A stretch of 64,000 nt of DNA from Laetmonice hystrix (taxonomy: Eukaryota): NCBI GenBank assembly GCA_965235115.1, contig OZ249438.1, forward strand, positions 22,692,001-22,756,000, read 5' to 3'. Position numbers and translations under genes: made by a program. How positions within the stretch are numbered: position 1 is the stretch's first letter; the number at the start of each line of letters is the position of its first letter. Shown here in pieces: positions 1 through 11,565 of this stretch. Below the pieces are notes generated by a model. It saw only the letters and a list, made by a program, of their open reading frames with translations, did not search any database and had not been told where the DNA came from.

Positions 1-837
1 TGTATATCATGATGTTTTAGTACCAATAATACACACCGCGGATTGTAGATCGCCGCATTACTAGGTTTGTAGAGTTCATTATCATTTTGAAAAGCTCAAC
101 ACTAATTTCCATGGTATTATTTATTTATTTATACACTGGTGCGACTGCAAGTATTAGTTACAAATACAGAAACCCCCTCCAAACATGAGTGTCAATTTAC
201 ATGTTCTCAAATATACGTTGTGGCAAGGGACACCAAAATAAGTTCCTTTTTTATTGGATCGGCGATGGGAACATAAAACCGTTTTGGAAATTGTGTAATA
301 CGTTGCACTATTAATGTCGAATGAAGGATAGAAATGTAATGGTATATTTTCAATTTGCCACATGCGAATCAATAACGTTCTTTCTCAAGGTCAAACTGCT
401 CAAAATCAACAATTAAAAGCGGATCTAGAACAGAACAAATTCAGAGGGAAAGTTAAAAACTAACCCAGCAACCCGCGGGATATATATGTTGAAAACACAC
501 TGGTGCGAACTACCAAACGTACGGAGGATCACATATGAAAATAGTCTCTAGCGTTGAGCTGGAGACAATGATATCGTTATGTTGTTGACTGTCAACAAAT
601 GCGCGCCGCTGTCGTCTGCTGATGATATCGTGTCGTCTGCCTCGCCTGCGTCCTGACGCCTCCCGCTCGTCACGTGTTAACACATGATTACCCATTCTAA
701 TCATGTGGCGTGTGCTCAATTACCGCCCCCAAAAATTAATTAAGTCCTTGACAAAATGATCATTAGCGAATCATCCTTTTATTGTAAAGCAGGGGAAACG
801 CGGTCAGATAGGAAAACAAAGGGTAATACGTGATGCA

Positions 838-851
838 CCGCCAGGGGGCAG
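838..851 (+). promoter_or_regulatory. CTCF-type binding motif
   Basis: CCGCCAGGGGGCAG matches the CTCF core consensus CCRSYAGRKGGCRS at all 14 positions. Confidence 0.55.
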
Positions 852-3800
852 TGTCTGCGAGTTATTAGCAATTTGTGCAAAAACCTCGATCTAATGTCGT
901 AAACCCTGCATCCATATTCGCTGACATTATATTCTCATAAATCCCAAGAGACTGAATATATATAACATTATTATACATTATAGTTCCTATGTTTTAATAT
1001 CAGGCTTTGTGTCTTGGCAATGTCTCATCAAAATAAAACATATCTTATATCTCCATCTCTTATAGTCTATACATATACATTAGATATAACTTCTTTCAAA
1101 ATGAAATAAAGCGATCATGGCAGAATGTTACATTTTCAAATTTCTACCAAATATAAATCCGTGACCCTGCTAGATTATAGCCTACTGAAGATTCCCTATC
1201 TGAAACCTGTCTTTGTGTACATCATTGTATATGCTATAAGCCATATATATATGACCGTTCAGCCAGTAATTCGCACGGTTGCGGCCAGGGGGCGTGACCT
1301 ACGTAGACTGCCACTGTCGGCCTCAGGCTTTCTGCGACAACTGCCTTTACATTCACCTTTCCCCACATATCTATAGGCCTACAGAAGATATATTTATACT
1401 TATTTGATATCTTATCGGAAATTAGATTATACGTGTTCTCGCTCATTTATATTGGATGTATTTGACAGTCGATCATAACACAAACTTAGATTATTGGATG
1501 CCTACATATTTCACAGTTAAAAAACGGTCTATACTGATATGTGGTCTGTCTTAGTTATGAAAGGCAAACTTTCGAATGGTGTCTGATTGTTTTGACGCGC
1601 AATCTGAGAAAGTCGGAACTATGTAGTGGGCATGCTATCTAAGCGGAGGGCGGGTAAGGATAAACACATGACCATGGCACACTAGTGCTGAATATCTGCT
1701 CGGCATTTGAGAATAGCATGCCAAGTGTTGTATATATCTTTAACAAAAGTAAGATCAACAGCGGCCTTCACCAGCGGGCTCCACGCCACACGTTTACATG
1801 GGCCAGCAAAGAGCGATCCCTCCCTCCTCAACACGCAAGACCATCAAAGGACCCAACTGGGGTTAAGAAAATGTGTAAACGAATTGCACTAAGTTATCAA
1901 GCAAACACAAGTGGTGGATGATAGTTTACCCTCAAACGCACGGTATACATACAAATCACCCAACGAGGCAAATTACAATGCAGGCGCAATTCCCCGCACC
2001 CCGGGGTATATATAGCAGCGCTGGTGGTTATATATATAGGAGTGTGTCAGTTGGAAAATATCTTTTATATATAACTAAAGGTATTATTGTTGAAAGGGGT
2101 TCAGGAATATAGTGGCGAGGACATGGGCCGACTGCACGTGGGTCGGCGAAAATAAAATCGAGCAGAAAGGCACGAAGAGTCAGAGGACACGGCCGTGACG
2201 CGCCACCGTGACGGACGGGGTCACGAGCGGTTCTTCCATTTGGGCGAGCAAAATGTCGTCTGCTCGAGAAGGGAGACGCGCAGCCTCCGTGCACACAGCG
2301 ACAGGGTCAGCCAAGGGGCACGCACGGACAATGTATAATGTCGGCGTTGTTTGGTTTAGGTGTAGGTGCCTGCAATAATCGTATTTGCCTTTGCCTTTCA
2401 CTCTATCATGAGGACGGGTTAGTCAAACTGTTTTGGCTTGCTGACCCCTCACTGCATAGAGCCTGCTGTCGGTGATGAGGAGCGCGATTTGGCCGCCATG
2501 TAGGCCACCTAGGTAGACGCCAACGGGGATCACATAAAGCTTTTAGGCGCTCTAAGGTGGCAAGAAAGGGGGGTTGTCCCCACCGTTCGCAGTGAAGACC
2601 GGAGAACAGAGGGACATAAAGACAGAGATGTTTATCCCGTGTGCCGATTGGCCTAGCCTCTGCTCTCGACTGCTTGTGTTAGGATTTGGTCGCGAAGACA
2701 GCGAGACGGGTCAGAAGACGAGAGTCAAGTGAGATCGTGTTCGCTGCCTCGGCCCGTGTAAGTGAGCTTACCGGCATCAATAGGCCAACCCAGACTTACT
2801 GATACTTAAATACACAACACATACACTTTTTACACACTTATCCGGATGCTCAAAGGTGGTCCGGATTACACGATGATCCTTTGTAGATTCACGTAAATCC
2901 CCCACCGAAGACACACAGAATGCACTTATTTGTTTGCCACTTGGCTAGACACATATAGACACTTATGTAGGTTAGGTGTTCAAGTTGATATTTTGGACAC
3001 CTTTCTGTGAAGTCCTTGTCAGACGTACCGGGTATATTCATTCCTCCACGGTCACTTCAGATTGCATGCAGTGCTGACTAACTTCTATACCTCGAGATTT
3101 TGTTTACTCGATATCCTTTTTTATATGAACACTATTAAGATTATTATTTGAATGATCGCAAATGTTCAATTAAGAAAGCCCTCCATAACCGTAAAGATTT
3201 CCTTATTGAATACATATTCAATCTATACAGATAGATTTCCATGGATATAAAACTTTGAGTGCATGCATGGATTGTAAGGGTTGTAGTCTAATACTGTGCA
3301 TGACTATCGCATATTATAGTGCATAGTCTTGATAAACTCATGGTTATATGGAGCCTGCTATATGTTATAACATGAATTATTAAGCATATTGCACATGTGG
3401 AGCGGCATAGTGAAACCGGTAGAAATACACAGCCACAGCTGTTAGTGTGGACCAAGTTAACGAGAGGACTATAGTATTTTCGCTGGGTGGGCGCGGTTGA
3501 CCTCACACCCGCACGGATTTGCTAACTGAAACACATATTTATCTTGTTTCATTATATAATGTGTATCTATTCATACCGGATTAGCCCCGCTCTGTCAGAG
3601 TATATTAGGGGAGAGAGTAGGACGGGGATAATTACAATACTTTCCCTTGTTCACTGTACTACAAACAGGTGCTATATATGATTTAATCTACCCGGCTCAT
3701 CACCCCCCTGAGTAATGATTATCACTTTTAGTACCTGAGGGATCTTAGATAATAGCCGGTTAGCAAACAAAGTCTGGCTCCACCAAGCTCCCAGACAACA

Positions 3801-6800
3801 CCCACTCAATTAAGTCACCATTCAAGTGACACCTGTTTGTAAATGCCAAGGTCCTGCCATTACGCCCAGTTCCTGTGAATCTCCAATGGCAGTCGTCGAC
3901 GGCAAACTCTATTGCAAAGATGTCACCATTCCACAAACATATTGCCTACTACGTGTGACCGGCATCACGGATTAAGACTTGGAAATCAAATATTTCCCGG
4001 GCATTAAACCCTAGGAATTCTCCATTCAACTACTGTGAGCTGTATAGTGGACGACACTACTATTGACACGATCTAAGTATATATACTGGACTATATTAGT
4101 GTGACCACGACAAGTTTGAGCCTGGTCAATATACAGAAAGATGTCGGCAATGGCTCTGGTATTCAGGTTCATGACCTCGGCGAACAAAAGGTCACGCCTA
4201 TATACTATTTTGGTAGAACATATGTCCCATCTTGGTCTCAGGTAAACATTTTAAATGTAGACAACTCATCGTCAGTGCCTGGATTAAAATCTCTCGCTGT
4301 TTACAAACTTCAAACATTCGTAGTTGTTACCCCCCCCCCCCAAAAAAAAAAATTGCCCCTCAATTAATCTCCGTCAATGGTGCCTGCAATGATTATCATC
4401 AATCGCTGATGATGGTGGAGACAATCATACAAGGAATCGTTCATCACAGAGTGGAAGTGTTCACTGAGGGCCTGGTGTGTTCACGTCAGATGAACACCGA
4501 CCGGTGGCCAGTGTCGATGGGGCGCGACGCCCAACCATCTTGTCAATGCCAACTCCGTCCGAGGCGCCAAAATACGACAGTAGCACTCGACCGTGATGTT
4601 ATCCTTTTGACAAGGGGGCTGAAGGCCCACAGTGTCACAGGAGCTTATCTGATTGGAGAAATTAAATGAAAATAACCGCGCTGTCCAGTCGAATCAGGTA
4701 TCTAGGTTCATAGGTGTAAGGTGGATGTAGGCGAATTGTACGCACCATCAAATGATGCTCTGATTGCGAGGGAGCGATTAGAATGAAGATTTCGTACAGG
4801 CCTCACACTACTGGAAACTGCTGAGACTGAGGTCCTGAAGGACTCCACAAACCGCTATCTATCCTTATCAAGGTTCAGCGGCACTTATCTTAATGGATAC
4901 AGGGGCACGTTTATACTTGCCGTTATAGGTCGTAAAGCCGTACTACATGGCTCTGATTGTGGACCTGTATACTATATGTTGGCCCCGTCCTATTACTGTT
5001 ATACGCCCACACCATTGTGGTTGGATGTTCTTCCAGTTGTACTATGCTTGAATAAATACAATTAATAACAAATCGGTAGAGTGTCATTGGTTTATATACT
5101 CCATGTGGCTGGTAGGCTGGTGTCTGACCGCTGTCCGTACACTGCGGTTAACGTCGTAATATTTCATCGCGCTGTCCCCTCCTGAGTGTCACTACAGGCT
5201 ACTTTCACCACAACACCGTCATATCGGGTTGACATTATTGCCATATTACCGACAGTTCACAACTACAACTGGCAATCGATATGCCATTCCCGATGCATAT
5301 TCGTCGCGAATGCCGCTTGCAAGGGCACTTCACATGTAAATATCAGTCATCGGGCTCGGAGGAGTGTTTGTCAAGGGCCGGTTGGTGTGGGTGGGGGAGG
5401 GGGGGGGGGCTGGTCGCGCTGGGCCAGGTTTGGCTAGGCTGGGCCGGGCAGGGCCGGGTCGGGCCGGGCAGGGCTGGCCCTGCTGGGCGGCTGGGCACGG
5501 CGGTTGCCGGTGACTCACTGCCGACGGTGGCGGGAACCCGGCCCGCCGCGACAGGCAGGCCGACCGGCCGGGGACCAGGTGAAACCTTACACCGACTGGC
5601 GGTCGGTTACGGTGAGCAATGATGTCACACCGCCGTCATTATGGCAACGCCTGTCAAACTACAAGGGAATCCACGCTCACCCAAGTTTTTTTTAGGTTGG
5701 AAAATTGGAAAGAAAAACCGACATTTAGCCTACTTCACTTGAAGGAATACATATCCGTATATTATTATATGTACTAATTATACATCAAAGAATAATACTG
5801 TGGAATGTTTTAAGCTGGTATACGTATACTCCAGCCAATGTGACAGTCTATGGATCTATAAATGGAATTTAATGGTAACAAGTTAAGTGATATAACTTGA
5901 GAGAGCCTTGGGTATTCCCTGAAGATACATAAAACATAAGCGATCACCACAACATTGCATCCACGCACTCTTATCAATGAAGTCCTATTGCCTTTGAAAT
6001 CTAATAACCCACTTACCAATAACGGTCAATCAATTATAGCTCACTAGCGCCACCGACGTCAAACAAGCGAAGCATGATTTCACCGCCCATCAAATGAAAT
6101 CGCCAATTAAGAAACTGCAGGGCTTCCCCGAATGATAATAATCATCTCTCTGTCTCATTGTTTGGTGGTGTCTGGGAGACAAGGGGAGGTGGCACACCAC
6201 AACAGTCAAGTGAACACAGAATATTAACTGTCCTGTCACTTGTAATTAATAATATCTGACGGGGGTTGGGATCCTAAGTCTATAGATACCCACTCCACAG
6301 TAGATAAAGGCCTCTGTCCCGAGTGTATACAAGAAGAAACGGAGAGATTATTCCTGACTTCAGCACAGACACCGTTATCAATGTCTCAACCTGGCAACTA
6401 TAGCAGTGTCTGGACAAGCAGACCCTCGTGTCTCTTCAAGTATAATCAACAATAGACGCTCTGCAGGAAAAGGCCAATCTCGATAAAGCATGCAGTTTTT
6501 TTAATACAACGCAGATATTATATATTATCCATTGTAGCCTATATACTATTTATGTAGAATGTCTGCGGGTCAAAGGTGCGTAGCCACTGCTGGGTCTACC
6601 TGCCACCAATCGGCGCGCCATAATACGATCTGGATATTGGTCGACAGTTTTATCAATCATGAACCTTTAGTGATCAGAAATAGCACCACATCGCTCCTGG
6701 CGCATCAAAACGCACGCATGCATGATATTTATGCTACTCCATAAAACCGATACAAGCTTTGTCGATAGGGGTCTTTAATAAGCGCCTTTTGCCCGTGCCA

Positions 6801-6879
6801 TGTGCGGGCGACCGGTCTCTGCGGCAGTGGCTGGCTGACTGCCATTCACAGCGGCCGCGTCACTGGCTGCGCGATAGCT

Positions 6880-6893
6880 ACGCCACCTGGTAG
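6880..6893 (-). promoter_or_regulatory. CTCF-like motif, reverse orientation
   Basis: Minus strand reads CTACCAGGTGGCGT, 12/14 to the core consensus. Confidence 0.3.
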
Positions 6894-7326
6894 GCAGCAG
6901 AGAAACAACTTAATCGCTCTCGGTCGTTTGACGTGTACGGTACTACCTATTTCTATAAGATACATTAATTGTTTTCATACAGTATTACACCTTTTTTATA
7001 TAGAAGATTACACTGACATTCAAACAACCATGACCGCCTTGTGTGTAAAATGTTATATATGTATTTCTTTAGAAATTATACGTATCTATAGGTGATAAAG
7101 TGGTTTTTAATTGAAGCGTTCTCAAAACCGCTATACACTTTAAAGGGTCAATGTCATGTCGAAACGATTAACTGAACGCACCCAACTCTGGCATCTTGAA
7201 CGTAATGCTGGCTAGCCTAATAAAATAAATGTGATAAACGTCATTCCGTCCGTGATAATAATTATAACCCCAGTTCGTCCAGGTTTCTTTCGTCACTTTC
7301 ATCTTAATAACAGGTGTGGGTATTTA

Positions 7327-8660
7327 ATATCGGTGTAAACAGTCGCCCCACTCTCAGATACGCTCCACACTACTGGGTAAAATATCGGTGTAAACAGTCG
7401 CCCCACTCTACGCTCCACACTACTGGGTAAAATATCGGTGTAAACAGTCGCCCCACTCTCAGATACGCTCCACACTACTGGGTAAAATATCGGTGTAAAC
7501 AGTCGCCCCACTCTCAGATACGCTCCACACTACTGGGTAAAATATCGGTGTAAACAGTCGCCCCACTCTCAGATACGCTCCACACTACTGGGTAAAATAT
7601 CGGTGTAAACAGTCGCCCCACTCTCAGATACGCTCCACACTACTGGGTAAAATATCGGTGTAAACAGTCGCCACACTCTCAGATACGCTCCACACTACTG
7701 GGTAAAATATCGGTGTAAACAGTCGCCCCACTCTACGCTCCACACTACTGGGTAAAATATCGGTGTAAACAGTCGCCCCACTCTACGCTCCACACTACTG
7801 GGTAAAATATCGGTGTAAACAGTCGCCCCACTCTACGCTCCACACTACTGGGTAAAATATCGGTGTAAACAGTCGCCCCACTCTACGCTCCACACTATAC
7901 TGGGTAAAATATCGGTGTAAACAGTCGCCCCACTCTCAGATACGCTCCACACTACTGGGTAAAATATCGGTGTAAACAGTCGCCCCACTCTCAGATACGC
8001 TCCACACTATACTGGGTAAAATATCGGTGTAAACAGTCGCCCCACTCTCAGATACGCTCCCCACTACTGGGTAAAATATCGGTGTAAACAGTCGCCCCAC
8101 TCTCAGATACGCTCCACACTACTGGGTAAAATATCGGTGTAAACAGTCGCCACACTCTCAGATACGCTCCACACTACTGGGTAAAATATCGGTGTAAACA
8201 GTCGCCCCACTCTTAGATACGCTCCACACTACTGGGTAAAATATCGGTGTAAACAGTCGCCCCACTCTCAGATACGCTCCACACTACTGGGTAAAATATC
8301 GGTGTAAACAGTCGCCCCACTCTCAGATACGCTCCACACTACTGGGTAAAATATCGGTGTAAACAGTCGCCCCACTCTTAGATACGCTCCACACTACTGG
8401 GTAAAATATCGGTGTAAACAGTCGCCCCACTCTCAGATACGCTCCACACTACTGGGGTAAAATATCGGTGTAAACAGTCGCCCCACTCTACGCTCCACAC
8501 TACTGGGTAAAATATCGGTGTAAACAGTCGCCCCACTCTACGCTCCACACTACTGGGTAAAATATCGGTGTAAACAGTCGCCCCACTCTACGCTCCACAC
8601 TATACTGGGTAAAATATCGGTGTAAACAGTCGCCCCACTCTCAGATACGCTCCACACTAC
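7327..8660. repeat. Minisatellite, 55 bp unit (50 and 57 bp variants), about 25 copies
   Basis: Unit GGGTAAAATATCGGTGTAAACAGTCGCCCCACTCTCAGATACGCTCCACACTACT in head-to-tail tandem; variants lack CAGAT or gain an extra TA; no unique spacers. Confidence 0.97.
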
Positions 8661-9103
8661 TTCTATCAACATGATAGAACTTTCATACAGCAAGCATCGA
8701 GTCGGGTCGACACGCTCCCGTGGAGACTTATTTATGACGTATACAGCCCTGAAACCATCACCCGCCACCATTTCATACACCTATACTCAACAGGCGTGTC
8801 AAATTCAAAGATTAATATTAGGAAACCATGTGTCATTTAGAATGAAGTATGGCGCTCTAGGTCTCGCCCTGGTCCCACACCGATGGTATCCGATTTCTAT
8901 ACCTATACATTCATTTTTTTATAATATAGGGTATAGGTCTATAATATAAAGAAACGTACCGCCCACACGTAACCAGGCTATAATAATACGGGGACATACT
9001 TGTAAAAATCATCGTCACTCATCTATACATGTTTGTTATGCTGCTGGTTGCTTTATATCCAGTGCTCTTCGGTGCGTGACAGAAGGCGTCTTCAAGAGAA
9101 AAG

Positions 9104-9301
9104 NNNNNNNNNNNNNNNNNNNNNNNNNNNNNNNNNNNNNNNNNNNNNNNNNNNNNNNNNNNNNNNNNNNNNNNNNNNNNNNNNNNNNNNNNNNNNNNNN
9201 NNNNNNNNNNNNNNNNNNNNNNNNNNNNNNNNNNNNNNNNNNNNNNNNNNNNNNNNNNNNNNNNNNNNNNNNNNNNNNNNNNNNNNNNNNNNNNNNNNNN
9301 N
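9104..9301. other. Assembly gap (198 N)
   Basis: Run of N. Confidence 1.
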
Positions 9302-10151
9302 CCTAAACCAATTGCATTAGTATCCGATCCGCAGATCCAGGGATCAAAATAAATTCATCCCCTCGATACAAGCGTCGGACATGCTTCCACGGCGATTTTC
9401 TGCGTCTAAATAACTCTTACTATCTGCGCGGCAGACAGGCAATTATTTGTTCAGCAACCTAAGCTGACTGGGCCGCACGGACGATCGAAGCCTGACATAA
9501 ATTCACAGTCACGAGTACACAGATTTAAAACCAATATGCGCGCGGGTTTGTTTCCGATGTGAAATAGCTGGACTCGGCCCGGGGCTGGCCCATGGCCGCT
9601 CACCAAATGGATTTCCAATCGTAGCGGTGGTATCGGCTTGCCAGCTTGTAATTGGTCCATTTGGAGACGGCCGTTTGGGGCGCGTTGTCTGTCGGGGCAC
9701 GCAAGCACACTCCCATCCAATATGAAACATATGCCGGGACGATCCGACCAGGCCATTGTCACAGCTGGCCCTGCGACAGCCCCCCCCCCAGACAGACCGC
9801 GTATACGTCATTAGAAATAAGTTCTGCAATCGCTAACTTTGCAGATATGTAGGCATAAGTATGTGTGCGTAATTATGTACATATCTATATATCTATTTAC
9901 GTATTTTATGTATGACTGTCAGGCATTAAGTAAAATAATCCATTTACATACATTCTACAGTCACATCTGGGTAATTTACTCAATGTTAATCCTTTTTAAA
10001 TCAACTTAGAAATCGCAGAACTGAAAACAGGAACAACATTTCACATATAAGCGCAGCTATAAACTGTTCGAATATTCATGGAAGATTTACACTAACGTAA
10101 ATAACAAATAATTATTGCACTATCTCGTTGTCTCTTTGTCCCGCGAATCAT

Positions 10152-10372
10152 CACCCATCCATCCATCCATCCACCCATCCACCCCATTCACCCACTCACC
10201 AATCCACCCATCCACCCATCCACCCATCCACCCATCCACCCCATCCCTCTACCAACCCATCCGCCCATCCACTCACCCCCATACACCCCACCCCCATCCG
10301 TGCACCCCCACCCATCCATTCACCCCCACCCATCCATCCATCCACCCCACACCCATCCATCCACCCACCCCC
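10152..10372. repeat. Degenerate (CCAT/CCAC)n microsatellite running into a gap
   Basis: CCATCCATCCACCCATCCACC-type low complexity up to the N run. Confidence 0.95.
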
Positions 10373-10545
10373 NNNNNNNNNNNNNNNNNNNNNNNNNNNN
10401 NNNNNNNNNNNNNNNNNNNNNNNNNNNNNNNNNNNNNNNNNNNNNNNNNNNNNNNNNNNNNNNNNNNNNNNNNNNNNNNNNNNNNNNNNNNNNNNNNNNN
10501 NNNNNNNNNNNNNNNNNNNNNNNNNNNNNNNNNNNNNNNNNNNNN
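10373..10545. other. Assembly gap (173 N)
   Basis: Run of N. Confidence 1.
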
Positions 10546-11024
10546 CCCGAGTATTTCTACATTCGTATACCTATAGTAACAGGCCCCAAACATTTGAACC
10601 ATACGTGACCTGAACGTCCTTCTTTTCTAGAACACCATGTACATATAGATACTAGTCGGAATAATTCCAAGGTTGATTTATGTTGTTATTACACGCTAGT
10701 AATGACTAAATCACTTCCTCACTGAGCACATTAAACGACTCCTCCCACAAACAGACCAATATGCAGATGTTAAACTGGATAGGTCTTTGTTGAATAAAAG
10801 AGAATGATTTGAATTAGTGCCGCTCAGAATCTTTCTAACAAAACAAACCGTATAAAATAACACAATCCCTTGTTCATCAAAGGCTGCACTATCTGCCTTC
10901 GCCACTCACGTATCGCGTTGTGATACACAAAGGGAAGACCTCAATCATCTCAACAATCGTATTTTATCATCTCATGTCAAATAACCACGTCAGTGAGAAA
11001 GTGGAAACGATCTATTCTCCGACT

Positions 11025-11565
11025 NNNNNNNNNNNNNNNNNNNNNNNNNNNNNNNNNNNNNNNNNNNNNNNNNNNNNNNNNNNNNNNNNNNNNNNNNNNN
11101 NNNNNNNNNNNNNNNNNNNNNNNNNNNNNNNNNNNNNNNNNNNNNNNNNNNNNNNNNNNNNNNNNNNNNNNNNNNNNNNNNNNNNNNNNNNNNNNNNNNN
11201 NNNNNNNNNNNNNNNNNNNNNNNNNNNNNNNNNNNNNNNNNNNNNNNNNNNNNNNNNNNNNNNNNNNNNNNNNNNNNNNNNNNNNNNNNNNNNNNNNNNN
11301 NNNNNNNNNNNNNNNNNNNNNNNNNNNNNNNNNNNNNNNNNNNNNNNNNNNNNNNNNNNNNNNNNNNNNNNNNNNNNNNNNNNNNNNNNNNNNNNNNNNN
11401 NNNNNNNNNNNNNNNNNNNNNNNNNNNNNNNNNNNNNNNNNNNNNNNNNNNNNNNNNNNNNNNNNNNNNNNNNNNNNNNNNNNNNNNNNNNNNNNNNNNN
11501 NNNNNNNNNNNNNNNNNNNNNNNNNNNNNNNNNNNNNNNNNNNNNNNNNNNNNNNNNNNNNNNNN
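11025..11565. other. Assembly gap (541 N)
   Basis: Run of N; both flanks carry CCGAC, possibly an unresolved repeat. Confidence 1.
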
